Assembly (NCBI RefSeq): GCF_003324675.1
Contig: NZ_CP030918.1
Location: 720,001-752,000 of the forward strand
Reading direction: 5' to 3'
DNA from: Paracoccus suum
GTDB lineage: Bacteria > Pseudomonadota > Alphaproteobacteria > Rhodobacterales > Rhodobacteraceae
DNA length: 32,000 bases
In this document: positions 14,893 through 24,800 of the stretch, piece by piece
Layout of the letters: the number at the start of each line of letters is the position of its first letter
How positions within the stretch are numbered: the first letter of the stretch is position 1
The notes under the pieces: generated by a model
The model's database searches: none
Told to the model about the DNA's origin: nothing
The model's input: only the letters and a program-made list of their open reading frames with translations
Program-made: the position numbers and the translations under genes

Positions 14893-16656
14893 TTACTTGA
14901 TCTGCTGCCCGTTCGCGAGGATCGAGCCGTCTTCCTTGAACTCGATATCCGAGGTCATCACGTCCGAGCCTTCGGTCGTCTTGGTGAACATGGCCAGCAT
15001 CATGCGATAGCCCTGCACCTGCTCGGACTTGACGACGCCCATGGCGACCAGCGTGTCGATCAGCTTGTTGATGCCTTCCATGCGGGCGTGAAGCGTGCCG
15101 ACCGGGGTCTTGAGGCTGCCGCCGGCCGCGCCCTTCAGTGCGCCTTCGGCCGAGATCTTCGCACCGAGCGCATCAACCGCGAACTTGTTGATGGTCAGCT
15201 CGACCGGATCGAACGGCATCGGATTGTCGCTCGGCTCCTCGTCGTCGGGCGAGGCGGTTTCCGCGGTGGTATCGGTTGCACCATTCGTTGCAGCGTCCGG
15301 CGCGGTTTCGGTCGCAGCGTCCGGCGCGGCGGACGTGTCCGTTTCGGGCTTCGCAGCATCCTCGGCCGGCTTGTCGGTCGGGGTCGCGGCGTCCGGCGCC
15401 TCCGTGGTGGTCGCATCCGGCGTTTCCGTCGAGGTCGCGGCATGGGATTCGTCGCCGCCAGCCGCCTTGTCCATCACCGCGGGATCCAGCAGATCGTCGG
15501 TCACCCTGGCCAGGCCCGACACGTCGATATCGATATTAGCTGGGGTACGGGGCAGCTTTTTGGCAGGATCGGCAAGATCCCACAGGCTGTCGCCCAGCGT
15601 CAGCCCGCTGACCAGATAGGTCAGGCTGAACGGCGACGGGGCGTCCGACTTGCTGATCGGCACCATCACACCGAACGCGCCTTTGTCGAGCTTGTAGGTG
15701 ATCGGCGCCGGCAGCTGGCTGTCGGTGATGCTGGTCTCGCTGTTGGTGCCCTCGACCTTGTAGCCGATTCCGCTGGCGGCCATGTCAAAGCTGGCGGCAA
15801 GGCTGCCGACCGTGGCAGCGACGGTGCCGTTGCTCGCGGTGCCTTCCTTGGGCTTGGACGTATAGTCGAACGAATGCGTGCCCGCGCCGCCCGACAGCTT
15901 GCCCTTGATGGTCAGCCCGTCGTTCAGCGCCTTGGCGATGTTTTCCTCGAGGTTGGCGATGCTGCCGCCGGCGGGCAGCGTCACTTCCGCGTCGACCGCC
16001 AGCTTTTCCAGCGAGCCCTTGCCCTTGATCGAGCCCTGATCGCCCTCGGCATTGGCGCCGGGGTCCTCGGCCACGTCGAGGGTGTAGTCCAGCTTGGCGA
16101 TGGTGCTGTTGCTAGTATAGGCAGTGCCGCCGCGGGTCACGGTCTCGCTCACCATGTCCGTGGCAGTCACGCTCGCGACGTTGTTCATGGTACGGCTCTC
16201 CGCCGGCAGCTCGACCTTGTCGAAGGTCAGCGTCGCGGTCGGCAGCGTCATGCGGTCAGTGCGGTTGTCCAGATCGCCGGTCGAGAGGATCTCGGCCCCC
16301 GGCAGCTTCATGGTCAGATCCAGCAGAACAGGCTTTTCCTTGTCCTGCGTCACCTCGATATGGGCCGGGATCGTGTCCGGCATGGTCGTGCGAACGCCAC
16401 CGTCGCCCGTGCCCTGCAGGACCAGTTGGCCGAGCTGCATGTTGATCTTGCTGGTCGGATTGTCTTGCGTCAGCACGACATCCTTGATCGTCAGCGTCTC
16501 GCCCGCCTGCTCGCGCGCGCCCTCGGCCAGCTTGTAGCCCATTGAGCTGTAATATTTGACCCAGCCGTCCCAGACTTCGTCGGGCGTCAGCGAGAATGCA
16601 GCAGGCGCCGTCACGAGGCAGATCGCCAGGGCCGAGCTCGTCAGTCGCAGGAACAT
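14893..16656 (-). CDS. Exported DUF2125-like protein of unknown function with an acidic low-complexity insert
   Basis: 587 aa from the ATG at 16656, which has a GAGAGG SD. It has a signal peptide MFLRLTSSALAICLVTAPAAFS. The C-terminal module LTINKFAVDALGAKISAEG...NGQQIK is recognised from memory as DUF2125. The upstream 171 codons of the track ORF overlap ahcY and are Arg/Pro junk. Confidence 0.75.
   Translation of the reverse strand: MFLRLTSSALAICLVTAPAAFSLTPDEVWDGWVKYYSSMGYKLAEGAREQAGETLTIKDVVLTQDNPTSKINMQLGQLVLQGTGDGGVRTTMPDTIPAHIEVTQDKEKPVLLDLTMKLPGAEILSTGDLDNRTDRMTLPTATLTFDKVELPAESRTMNNVASVTATDMVSETVTRGGTAYTSNSTIAKLDYTLDVAEDPGANAEGDQGSIKGKGSLEKLAVDAEVTLPAGGSIANLEENIAKALNDGLTIKGKLSGGAGTHSFDYTSKPKEGTASNGTVAATVGSLAASFDMAASGIGYKVEGTNSETSITDSQLPAPITYKLDKGAFGVMVPISKSDAPSPFSLTYLVSGLTLGDSLWDLADPAKKLPRTPANIDIDVSGLARVTDDLLDPAVMDKAAGGDESHAATSTETPDATTTEAPDAATPTDKPAEDAAKPETDTSAAPDAATETAPDAATNGATDTTAETASPDDEEPSDNPMPFDPVELTINKFAVDALGAKISAEGALKGAAGGSLKTPVGTLHARMEGINKLIDTLVAMGVVKSEQVQGYRMMLAMFTKTTEGSDVMTSDIEFKEDGSILANGQQIK
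15220..15462 (-). repeat. Low-complexity Thr/Ala/Pro/Asp/Glu coding stretch built from degenerate GCGTCCGGCGC repeats (inside the DUF2125-like gene)
   Basis: The motif GC(G/A)TCCGGCG occurs four times. The segments 15291-15314 and 15315-15338 form a 24-nt tandem whose first 15 nt are identical. The stretch encodes ...TEAPDAATPTD...SAAPDAATETAPDAATNGA... Confidence 0.7.
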
Positions 16657-16820
16657 CGCACTACCTCTCAGGAAATTTTTTACTAACGCGGCAAACTTGC
16701 CGATTTGTGCCACAGCCGCCTTGGGGGTCCAAGCGGCAACTGTCCCGGGAGGGGCAGGATGATTGTCTTTTTCCCGGGTTTCTGCCCGGCATCGGCCCCG
16801 GACGGCACCCGGCCGCGCCG

Positions 16821-18212
16821 TCAGTAACGATAAAGGTCTGACTTGAACGGACCTTCCGCGGGCACGCCGATATAGTCGGCCTGCTCGGGCGAAAGTTCGC
16901 TCAGCCGCACGCCGATCCGGTCTAGGTGCAGGCGCGCCACCTTCTCGTCGAGGTGCTTGGGCAGGATGTAGACGCCCGGAGCGTATTCGCCCTCCTTGGT
17001 CCAGAGCTCGATCTGGGCGAGCACCTGGTTGGTAAAGCTGGCCGACATCACGAAGGACGGATGGCCGGTGGCATTGCCGAGGTTCAGCAGCCGTCCCTGA
17101 GACAGCAGGATGATGCGGTTGCCGGACGGCATCTCGATCAGGTCCACCTGGTCCTTGACGTTGATCCACTTGTGGTTCCGCAGCGCCGCGACCTGAATTT
17201 CGTTGTCGAAATGGCCGATGTTGCCGACGATCGCCATGTCCTTCATGGCCCGCATATGCTCCAGTCGGATGACGTCCTTGTTACCGGTGGCGCTGATGAA
17301 GATGTCGGCGCTGTCCACGACATCCTCCAGCCGCACGACCTCGAAGCCGTCCATCGCCGCCTGCAGGGCGCAGATGGGGTCGACCTCGGTCACCTTCACG
17401 CGCGCGCCGGCCCCGGCAAGACTGGCGGCGCTGCCCTTGCCGACATCGCCATAGCCGCACACCACGGCGACCTTGCCGGCCATCATCACGTCGGTGGCAC
17501 GGCGGATGCCATCGACCAGCGACTCCTTGCAGCCGTATTTGTTGTCGAACTTGGACTTCGTGACGCTGTCGTTGACGTTGATCGCGGGGAACGGCAGCAG
17601 CCCCTTGCGGTGCAAGTCATAAAGGCGATGCACGCCAGTCGTGGTTTCCTCGCTGACGCCGCGGATGGCATCGCGCTGGCGGGTGAACCAGCCTGGCGCC
17701 TCGGCCAGGCGGCGGCGGATCTGGGCGAACAGCGCCTCCTCCTCCTCCGAGGTCGGGGTGTCGATCAGCCCGGTCTCGCCAGCCTCCACACGCGCGCCGA
17801 GCAGGACATACATCGTGGCATCGCCGCCATCGTCGAGGATCATGTTCGCCGTGCCCTCGGCAAAGCGAAAGATCTGGTCGGTGTAGGACCAGTATTCCGC
17901 CAGCGTCTCGCCCTTGATGGCGAACACCGGCACGCCGGTCGCGGCAATGGCGGCGGCGGCATGGTCTTGGGTCGAATAGATGTTGCACGATGCCCAGCGC
18001 ACGTCAGCGCCCAGTGCGACCAGCGTCTCGATCAGGGCGGCGGTCTGGATGGTCATGTGCAGGCTGCCCGCGATCCGGGCGCCGGCCAGCGGCTTTGCCT
18101 CGCCGTATTCCTCGCGCAGGGCCATCAGGCCCGGCATCTCGGTTTCGGCGATGTCCAGTTCCTTGCGATCGTAGTCTGCCAGCCCGAGGTCGCGGATGAT
18201 CGATTCAGTCAT
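16821..18212 (-). CDS. ahcY: Adenosylhomocysteinase (S-adenosyl-L-homocysteine hydrolase)
   Basis: 463 aa from [37 protein letters not shown]. It contains the NAD-binding motif [10 protein letters not shown], and the C-terminus is ...PFKSDLYRY. This length fits the family as I recall it; the track start at 18254 adds 14 atypical residues. Confidence 0.95.
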   Translation of the reverse strand: MTESIIRDLGLADYDRKELDIAETEMPGLMALREEYGEAKPLAGARIAGSLHMTIQTAALIETLVALGADVRWASCNIYSTQDHAAAAIAATGVPVFAIKGETLAEYWSYTDQIFRFAEGTANMILDDGGDATMYVLLGARVEAGETGLIDTPTSEEEEALFAQIRRRLAEAPGWFTRQRDAIRGVSEETTTGVHRLYDLHRKGLLPFPAINVNDSVTKSKFDNKYGCKESLVDGIRRATDVMMAGKVAVVCGYGDVGKGSAASLAGAGARVKVTEVDPICALQAAMDGFEVVRLEDVVDSADIFISATGNKDVIRLEHMRAMKDMAIVGNIGHFDNEIQVAALRNHKWINVKDQVDLIEMPSGNRIILLSQGRLLNLGNATGHPSFVMSASFTNQVLAQIELWTKEGEYAPGVYILPKHLDEKVARLHLDRIGVRLSELSPEQADYIGVPAEGPFKSDLYRY

Positions 18213-18252
18213 GGTAAGGCGCCCCGTTCTGATTTGACCGGGGCGCCTTACC
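18213..18252 (-). promoter_or_regulatory. Perfect 14-bp stem-loop in the ahcY leader, abutting the start codon
   Basis: GGTAAGGCGCCCCG (18213-18226) and CGGGGCGCCTTACC (18239-18252) are exact reverse complements separated by a 12-nt loop. On the minus-strand RNA the 3' arm ends 1 nt before the AUG. Confidence 0.6.
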
Positions 18253-18283
18253 ATTGCAGCGATGCAGGCTCAATGAACCGCAC

Positions 18284-18730
18284 TCAGCTGCGCAGGCCGG
18301 CCTTGTGATAGAACACGTCCGGATTGGTGGTATCCGAGTAGCCGACCCCCGAGGCGATGACGCAGCTGGTCTTGTCAGGGCGCGCCATGACCAAGGTCCA
18401 GGTGCCCATCACGTCGGAGCCCCAAAGCTGGGTGTCGGCCTTGTTGACCTTGGCGTCGTCCACCAGCGATTCGCCGAAATCATGGCTCAGGGTGTGTGCG
18501 ATCATCGGGTTGCTGTCGCAATACGGCGCATCGACAGACGCGTCGGCGCCGGACGCGAGGGCGCTCGCCATCGCCATGACCGAGGCGGCGTCTTGACCTG
18601 CGATGGCTGACCAGGCGCGGGGCTGGGTCTCCAGCCGGTCGCGCAACTCGACCGAGGACTGGGCTGGCACAGCGACAAAGGCGGAGGCAAGGGCTGCGGC
18701 GGCAAGGGTGAGGGCGGGGGCGGCTTTCAT
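18284..18730 (-). CDS. Small secreted protein of unknown function
   Basis: 148 aa with a signal peptide MKAAPALTLAAAALASAFVAVPAQS. GC3 is high throughout. There are two Cys in the mature part. I recognise no family. Confidence 0.6.
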   Translation of the reverse strand: MKAAPALTLAAAALASAFVAVPAQSSVELRDRLETQPRAWSAIAGQDAASVMAMASALASGADASVDAPYCDSNPMIAHTLSHDFGESLVDDAKVNKADTQLWGSDVMGTWTLVMARPDKTSCVIASGVGYSDTTNPDVFYHKAGLRS

Positions 18731-18917
18731 GGTCTCGGCTCGCTTCTGATTCGACCCCCCAACGCCCCATTTGTCGTGCGGTTCCTTGGCGCTCGGATGT
18801 CAAGGGGTTGATTGGCGGCAGAAGGCTTGACTGTGCCCTGGCAGTCGCGCGCTCTTTCGTCAGCTCGGCGCCCCGGCCACAATGCGTAGCGGTTTGGCGG
18901 GGCACAGTGAGGGTGGA

Positions 18918-19835
18918 ATGCAGCTTGTCGGTGATGTCGGTGGCAGCAACGTGCGCTTGGCGCTGGCGGACGACGGCCGGCTGGTCGCCAGCAGCGCGCG
19001 GCGCAGCAGCGGCGCGGATGTCGCCGGGCTCGAGGCGTTGATCGCGACCTTCCTGGCCGATGCAGGCGGTCCCGCAATCACCGCCGCATGCATCGCGGTC
19101 GCGGGTCCCGTCGCCAACGGCCGGGCCAGCTTGACCAACCGCACCTGGCAGGTCAGCGAGGACGACCTGGCCCGCGTCACCGGCGCCCGGCGGGTACTGC
19201 TGATCAACGATCTCGCGGCACTCGGCCATGCCACCGCAAGCCTGACACCGCGGGTGCTGCGATCCGCATCGGATGACCGCCCCCACAACGGTCAGGCGCT
19301 GGTCGTCGGTGCAGGCACGGGCTTCAATGTCTGCGCGGTCCGCGCCTTACCCGGTGGGGGCGTTCTGCCGCTGGAGGCGGAGGAGGGTCACACCGCGTTG
19401 CCGCTGACCATCGCCCGCCGACTGACCGACCTATTGGGCGCGGACGCGACGGAGGCCTTTCCCTCGGTCGAACATCTGTTCGCCGGCCGGGGCCTTGCCC
19501 GGTTCCACGCCCTGCGCAGCGGCGTGGCGCCGGTCCCCGGCGAGGCGATTGCCGCTGCCGCCAATGCCGGCGATGCCGCGGCGGTCGAGACCCTGTCCCA
19601 ATATGCAGAGGCCTTTGGCCTGATGCTGCGCGAAGTGGCCCTGCGATTCATGCCGCGCGAAGGGATCTGGCTGGCCGGCAGCGTCGCCCGAACGCTGGTG
19701 CCCCGGACCGACCGCATCGCCGCCGGCATGCTGGGCAACCCGCTGATGCGCGATATTCCCCTTTCGACGCCGCTGTTGCTGATCGAGGACGACATGGCCG
19801 CGTTGCAAGGATGCATCGGCGCGATCACGCCTTAG
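18918..19835 (+). CDS. glk: Glucokinase
   Basis: 305 aa from MQLVGDVGGSNVRLAL (ATP-binding DxGGT/S motif) with a GAGGG SD. Further Glk motifs are LINDLAA, GAGTGFN and EEGH. Confidence 0.85.
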   Translation: MQLVGDVGGSNVRLALADDGRLVASSARRSSGADVAGLEALIATFLADAGGPAITAACIAVAGPVANGRASLTNRTWQVSEDDLARVTGARRVLLINDLAALGHATASLTPRVLRSASDDRPHNGQALVVGAGTGFNVCAVRALPGGGVLPLEAEEGHTALPLTIARRLTDLLGADATEAFPSVEHLFAGRGLARFHALRSGVAPVPGEAIAAAANAGDAAAVETLSQYAEAFGLMLREVALRFMPREGIWLAGSVARTLVPRTDRIAAGMLGNPLMRDIPLSTPLLLIEDDMAALQGCIGAITP

Positions 19836-19940
19836 TGCCCGGTGATCTGGCGCGATCTGCGCCCGCCGCTTTATTTTGCTTGGTGATGCTGCGATAACAA
19901 ATCAAAGCGCGGGCACACGGGCGAAAACGAGGGCAGGCGG

Positions 19941-21812
19941 ATGGGCAGATGGCTTGCAGCGGGCGCAGTTGCCCTTGCGGCGGTGACTTGGGGCGGCGTT
20001 GCGGCGTCGCAGTCCTCCTCGCCGTTTTCGGGCCTGTTCGGTGACCGCGATGCGGGCGAGGGCAGCCCGGTCAAGCTGACCTTCAACATCTCGGGCGACG
20101 ACAAGACGCTGGAGAAAACGCTGCGCAACGGCTCGCTGCTGACCGGCTCGCTGCGTGACAAGCGTTATACCGGGCAGGACATCCTGGCGGCGGCGCGCGC
20201 CGATTACGCGCGTTTGCTGGGAAACCTGTATGACGAGGGCTATTACGACGCCGTCATCAACATAACCTTGGACGGTCGCGAGGCGGCGCAGATCGCACCG
20301 CTCGACGCGCCCGAAAATGTCGCGCAGGTGGTTGTCGCCATCTCGCCCGGCCAGCAGTTCCATTTCTCACGCGCCGATATCGGCCCGATCGCGCAAGGCA
20401 AGACCAAGATCCCGCCGGAATACCGCCTGGGCGAGGTTGCGGGCACCGGCACGATCAAGGCCGCCGCTACCGCCGGGGTCGCGGGCTGGCGGGATGCCGG
20501 CCACGCCAAGGCCGACCTGCAAGAAACCGACATCACGGCCGACCACCCTGCCCGCAAGGTCGATTCGCGCATCTCGCTGGCACCGGGACCGCTGGTCACC
20601 TTTGGCCAGATGAATGTCTCCGGCCTCGAACGCCTGCGCGAAAAGCGCTTGCGCGAGATTGCGGGCTTTCCCGCTGGCCACCAGTTCGACCCCGAGGACC
20701 TTGAGGCGGTGCGCAAGCGCTTGCGCCGCTCGGGCGTGTTCTCGGCCATCACCTTGGCCGAGGTCGACCGCCTCCGGGACGGGAACACGCTGGATGTTGA
20801 CCTGACCGTGGTCGAGCAAAAACCGCGCCGCATCGGCGGCGGGGCCGAGATCTCGAACAAGGACGGGGCCGCGATCTCGGGCTACTGGATGCACCGCAAC
20901 CTGTGGGGCGGGGCAGAGCGGCTGCGGATCGACGGCAAGGTGTCGGACATCGGCTCGGGGACCAGCGGCCAGGACGCGCAAGCCAACATCCGCCTTGAGC
21001 GGCCGGCAACCTTCGCCCGCGACCTGACCGCATATGTCGCCGCCGGTGTCGCCCGCATGCGCGAGGAAGACTATGACAGCGACAGCGCCTTTGCCGGCAT
21101 CGGCCTCGATTACTACCGCAACGACAACCTGACCGGCGGCATCCGCCTGGAATACCGGTTCCAGAAGGTCACGGACGACAGCGGGACCACGAATTTCCGC
21201 ACCATCGCCCTGCCGGTCACCGGCATCTATGACAAGCGCGACGTCGATACCGATCCGAAGAAAGGCTACTGGCTCAGCGGCGAGTTGACGCCCTTTGTCG
21301 GGCTGGGCGACACCGGCTCGGGCCTGCGGGCGGTCCTCGAGGGGCGCAGCTACTACAGCGTCGGCAAGGACGACCGGCTTACGTTTGCCGGGCGCGCGCG
21401 CCTCGGCACTGTCCTGGGCCCCGAGATTGCCGAGACGCCGCGCGATTACCTGTTCTATTCCGGCGGTGGCGGAACGGTCCGCGGGCAGCCGTTCGAATCC
21501 CTCGGCGCCGAGGTGATCCCCGGCCCCGACGGTCCTATCAAGACCGGCGGCATGTCGCTGGCCGTCATCAACGCCGAGACCCGCTTCCAGGTGCGCGAAA
21601 AGATCGGCCTCGTCGCCTTTGCCGATGCCGGTCGCGTCTGGGCCGACAGCAGCTTCAAGGGCAGCAGTGGGTGGCAGTCGGGCGCCGGCGTCGGCGTGCG
21701 CTATCTGACCCCCATCGGACCGATCCGCCTCGACGTCGCGGCGCCGCTGAAGAGCGAGCCGGACACCGGCAAAGGCGTGCAACTTTACCTTGGACTCGGG
21801 CAGGCATTCTGA
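19941..21812 (+). CDS. tamA: Translocation and assembly module outer-membrane subunit TamA (Omp85/BamA family)
   Basis: 623 aa: a signal peptide, a POTRA-like N-terminal region, and a C-terminal beta-barrel ending ...VQLYLGLGQAF (terminal Phe). The stop overlaps the tamB start (TGATG). Confidence 0.85.
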   Translation: MGRWLAAGAVALAAVTWGGVAASQSSSPFSGLFGDRDAGEGSPVKLTFNISGDDKTLEKTLRNGSLLTGSLRDKRYTGQDILAAARADYARLLGNLYDEGYYDAVINITLDGREAAQIAPLDAPENVAQVVVAISPGQQFHFSRADIGPIAQGKTKIPPEYRLGEVAGTGTIKAAATAGVAGWRDAGHAKADLQETDITADHPARKVDSRISLAPGPLVTFGQMNVSGLERLREKRLREIAGFPAGHQFDPEDLEAVRKRLRRSGVFSAITLAEVDRLRDGNTLDVDLTVVEQKPRRIGGGAEISNKDGAAISGYWMHRNLWGGAERLRIDGKVSDIGSGTSGQDAQANIRLERPATFARDLTAYVAAGVARMREEDYDSDSAFAGIGLDYYRNDNLTGGIRLEYRFQKVTDDSGTTNFRTIALPVTGIYDKRDVDTDPKKGYWLSGELTPFVGLGDTGSGLRAVLEGRSYYSVGKDDRLTFAGRARLGTVLGPEIAETPRDYLFYSGGGGTVRGQPFESLGAEVIPGPDGPIKTGGMSLAVINAETRFQVREKIGLVAFADAGRVWADSSFKGSSGWQSGAGVGVRYLTPIGPIRLDVAAPLKSEPDTGKGVQLYLGLGQAF

Positions 21813-24800
21813 TGCGTATTCTCAACCGCCTGCGCCTGCTGCCGATGATCTGCCTGCTGGCGCTTCAGCCGATCATCGCGTCCGCCCAGAACGCCCCAGG
21901 CGCCCCCGTCCCTGCCACCCCTGCGCAGGACGCGCCGCGGGACCCGGCCTCCATCAGCCAGGAGGTCGCGGACGACGGCGGCTTCATCACCCGCTTTCTG
22001 GAACGCAACCTCAGCGGCGCCGGCCGCGAGGTGCGTCTCGAGGGGTTTCGCGGAGCCCTCAGCTCGCGTGCGACCTTCGATCAGATCACCATCGCCGATG
22101 CCGATGGCGTGTGGCTGACCCTGCACAACGGCGCCATCCAGTGGAACCGCAGCGCGCTGCTGGCCCGCCGGGTCGAGATCGCCGAGCTTTCGGCCGAAAC
22201 CATCGAACTGCCGCGCCTGCCCAAGGCCGAGGAGGACGCCCCCAAGGCCGAGGCCCGCAGCTTCAGCCTGCCCAAACTGCCGGTCGGCGTCGACATCCAG
22301 CATATCGCCGCCCAACGTGTGAACATCGGGGCGCCAGTGATGGGCGAGGCCGCCTCGATCAGTATCGACGGCGCCATGAGCCTGAAGGGCGGCGAGGGCG
22401 CGGCAAAGCTGGCCATCAACCGCGTGGACGGCAAGCGCGGCGTGTTCGCCGTTGATGCCAACTATTCCAACGAAACGCAGGTCCTGCGCATAGACACCAC
22501 GCTGGACGAGGACGCCGGCGGCATTTTCGTCAACCTTATCAAGCTGGAAGGTCGCCCGGCGGTCAAGGCCGAGATCAAGGGCGAGGGGCCGCTGTCCGAT
22601 TTCGCGGCGGACATCGCCCTCGCGAGCGACGGCCAGCCGCGCATCACCGGCACCGTGGCCGTCAAGGCCGAGGCTGCCGCCGACGGCATGTCCGGCCGCA
22701 GCTTCAAGGTGAACATCGGCGGCGATGTCGCAGCCTTTGTGCCGCCCGCCCAACGCGCCTTCTTTGGCGCGAAATCGCAGCTGATGGCCGAAGGCTGGCG
22801 CGGCGACGACGGCAGGCTGAACGTGCCGGTTCTATCGGTCAAGACCGAGGCGCTGGACGTCTCGGGCACCTTCGCCGCGAACGCCCAGGGCGCGCCGACC
22901 ACGGCCGCCCTGACACTCAAGCTCGGGGCCGATGCCGGCGCCACGCAACTGCCGGTACGTCTGCCGACCACCGGCACGCCGATCACCGTCAACGGCGGCC
23001 AGCTGCAGTTGGGTTATGACGCGGCCAAGGGCTCGGGCTGGACGCTGAAAGGCAACCTCAAGGATTTCGCCCAGCAGGCGCTGAGCATCGCGGCGGTCAA
23101 CCTGGATGGCGGGGGCACCGTGACGCTCGCGGCCGGCGAGCTGAAAATGGTGGGCGGCAAGATCACCTTCGACACCCAGGGTATCGCCCCGACCGATCCC
23201 GGCCTTGCCAGCGCCATCGGCCCGACCCTCAAGGGGGTCAGCGACTTCAACTGGTCCCCGGGTCAGGCGGTCACACTCGACAACCTCGACATCGCCGGCG
23301 CCGACTACGGCCTGAACGGCAACCTGGCGATCAACGGTCTGGCGACCGGCATCACCGTCGCGGCCGAGCTGGACGCGCGCTATGACGATCTCGCGCGCCT
23401 GTCGGGCATTGCCGGGCGCGATATGACGGGCAAGGCCACCGGCCATGTCAGCGGCCAATACGCCGTCCTCGGGCGCGGCTTTGACGCGACGGCCAGGCTG
23501 GTCGGCACCGACCTGCACCTCGGCCAGCCGCAGTTGGACCGGCTGCTGGCGGGCGATGCCACCATCGTTGCCAGCGCCCGCCGGGACGAGAACGGCATCA
23601 ACCTGCGCGAGTTCACGGTCAGCGGCCAACGTCTGACCGCTGATGCGCGCGGCCTGCTGGCCACCAACTCCAGCGACGTGAAGGCCAATGTCCGCCTGAC
23701 CTCGCTGACCGAGGTCGACCCCGCCTTTGGCGGCAGCCTCGAGGCCGAGGCGACGCTGACCGGTCCGGCCGGCGCGCGCCAGGTCACGGTGAACGGGCAA
23801 GCGATGGACCTGTCGACCGGGATCGCCGCCCTCGACGGGGCGCTGAAGGGCAAGACCGATGTCGCGGTGCTGGCGCATCAGGAAAACGGCGCGATGCTGC
23901 TGAAGACGGCGCGGCTGGCGAACCCGCAGCTGACGATCGCCGGCCAAGGCAACCTGACACCGGGCCAGATGGACGCGACGCTGGACGTAACCGTCGCCAA
24001 CCTGGGCGACATCCAGCCCGGCTGGGCGGGCAACCTGGCCGCCAAGGGCCGCGTGACCGAGGCCGACGGCACCCGCAAGCTGTCGCTGAACGGCACCGGC
24101 GACGGGCTGCGCTTTGGCACGGCGGATGTGGGCGAGGCGCTGACCGGGACGACCCGGTTCGACCTCGATGCAACGCAAACGGGCGAGCAAATTCAGGTCG
24201 ACCGGCTGGACGTGGCGAACGATCAGTTGACGGCCAATGTCTCCGGCCCGATCGGCAAGGACCGCACGGCGCTGGACGGCAAGCTGGCGATCAAGTCGCT
24301 GGCCGCCTTTGGCCGGGGCTGGCGCGGGTCGCTCGATCTGGCGGGCAAGGTCTCCGATGATGGCGCGGGCGGCCGGCACATCGACATCAGCGGGACCGGG
24401 CAAGACCTGTCGCTGGGTCAGGCGCAGGCCGATGCCGCCCTGACCGGGACGACGCGGCTGGTGTTGAAGGCCGACCAGCAGGCGGACGGCAAGGGATTCG
24501 CCATCCAGCAGGCCGAGATCATCAACGAGCAGGCCCAGGTCACCGCGCAGGGCCATCTGGGGCCAGACGGCACCGACCTGACCGGCCACGCGCAGATCGC
24601 CTCGCTGGCGCCGTTCGGGCGTGGCTGGGGCGGCTCCGCGAACATCGACGGCAGCTTTCGCGACGACGGTACCGGCGCGCGGCGGCTGGCGGTCACCGGC
24701 ACCGGGCGCGATCTCGCCTTTGGCCAGCCGCAGCTTGATGGCGCGCTGAAGGGCGAGACCGCGGTGGATGTTCGGGCGGTCGAGCGCGATGGCCTCTTCA

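Noticed and set aside
16691-16712. Sigma-54-like TGGCACAAATCGGCAAGTTTGC (minus strand) upstream of the DUF2125-like gene. A similar TTGGAAAATCCGGGTGCC occurs upstream of pqiA (7479-7496).
   Set aside because: The GG-to-GC spacing is off by one nucleotide in both cases (11 and 13 instead of 12), and the -12 TTGC element is not matched. No sigma-54 activator gene is nearby.
16760-16800. CCGGGTTTCTGCCCGG hairpin with an adjacent T/A tract downstream of ahcY, as a candidate intrinsic terminator.
   Set aside because: The stem is only 5 bp. On the ahcY (minus) transcript it is followed by an A-tract rather than a U-tract. This is too weak to annotate.
16657-17169. N-terminal 171 codons of the 758-aa track ORF (14893-17169), as a possible extension of the DUF2125-like protein.
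   Set aside because: This part overlaps the 3' end of ahcY on the same strand in another frame, and it is Arg/Pro/Gly-rich. The internal ATG at 16656 has a GAGAGG SD and is followed immediately by a canonical signal peptide.
18252-18290. Possible SAH riboswitch in front of ahcY. CAGGCTCAATGAACCGCACTCA resembles the conserved CAGGCUCGG...AACGGCGCUCAC segments as I recall them.
   Set aside because: The resemblance is on the plus strand, that is, antisense to ahcY. The minus-strand leader lacks the matching 5' GAGGAGCGCUGC-type segment and pseudoknot partners in the right order. I cannot call it without a covariance-model search, and cmsearch with RF01057 would settle it.
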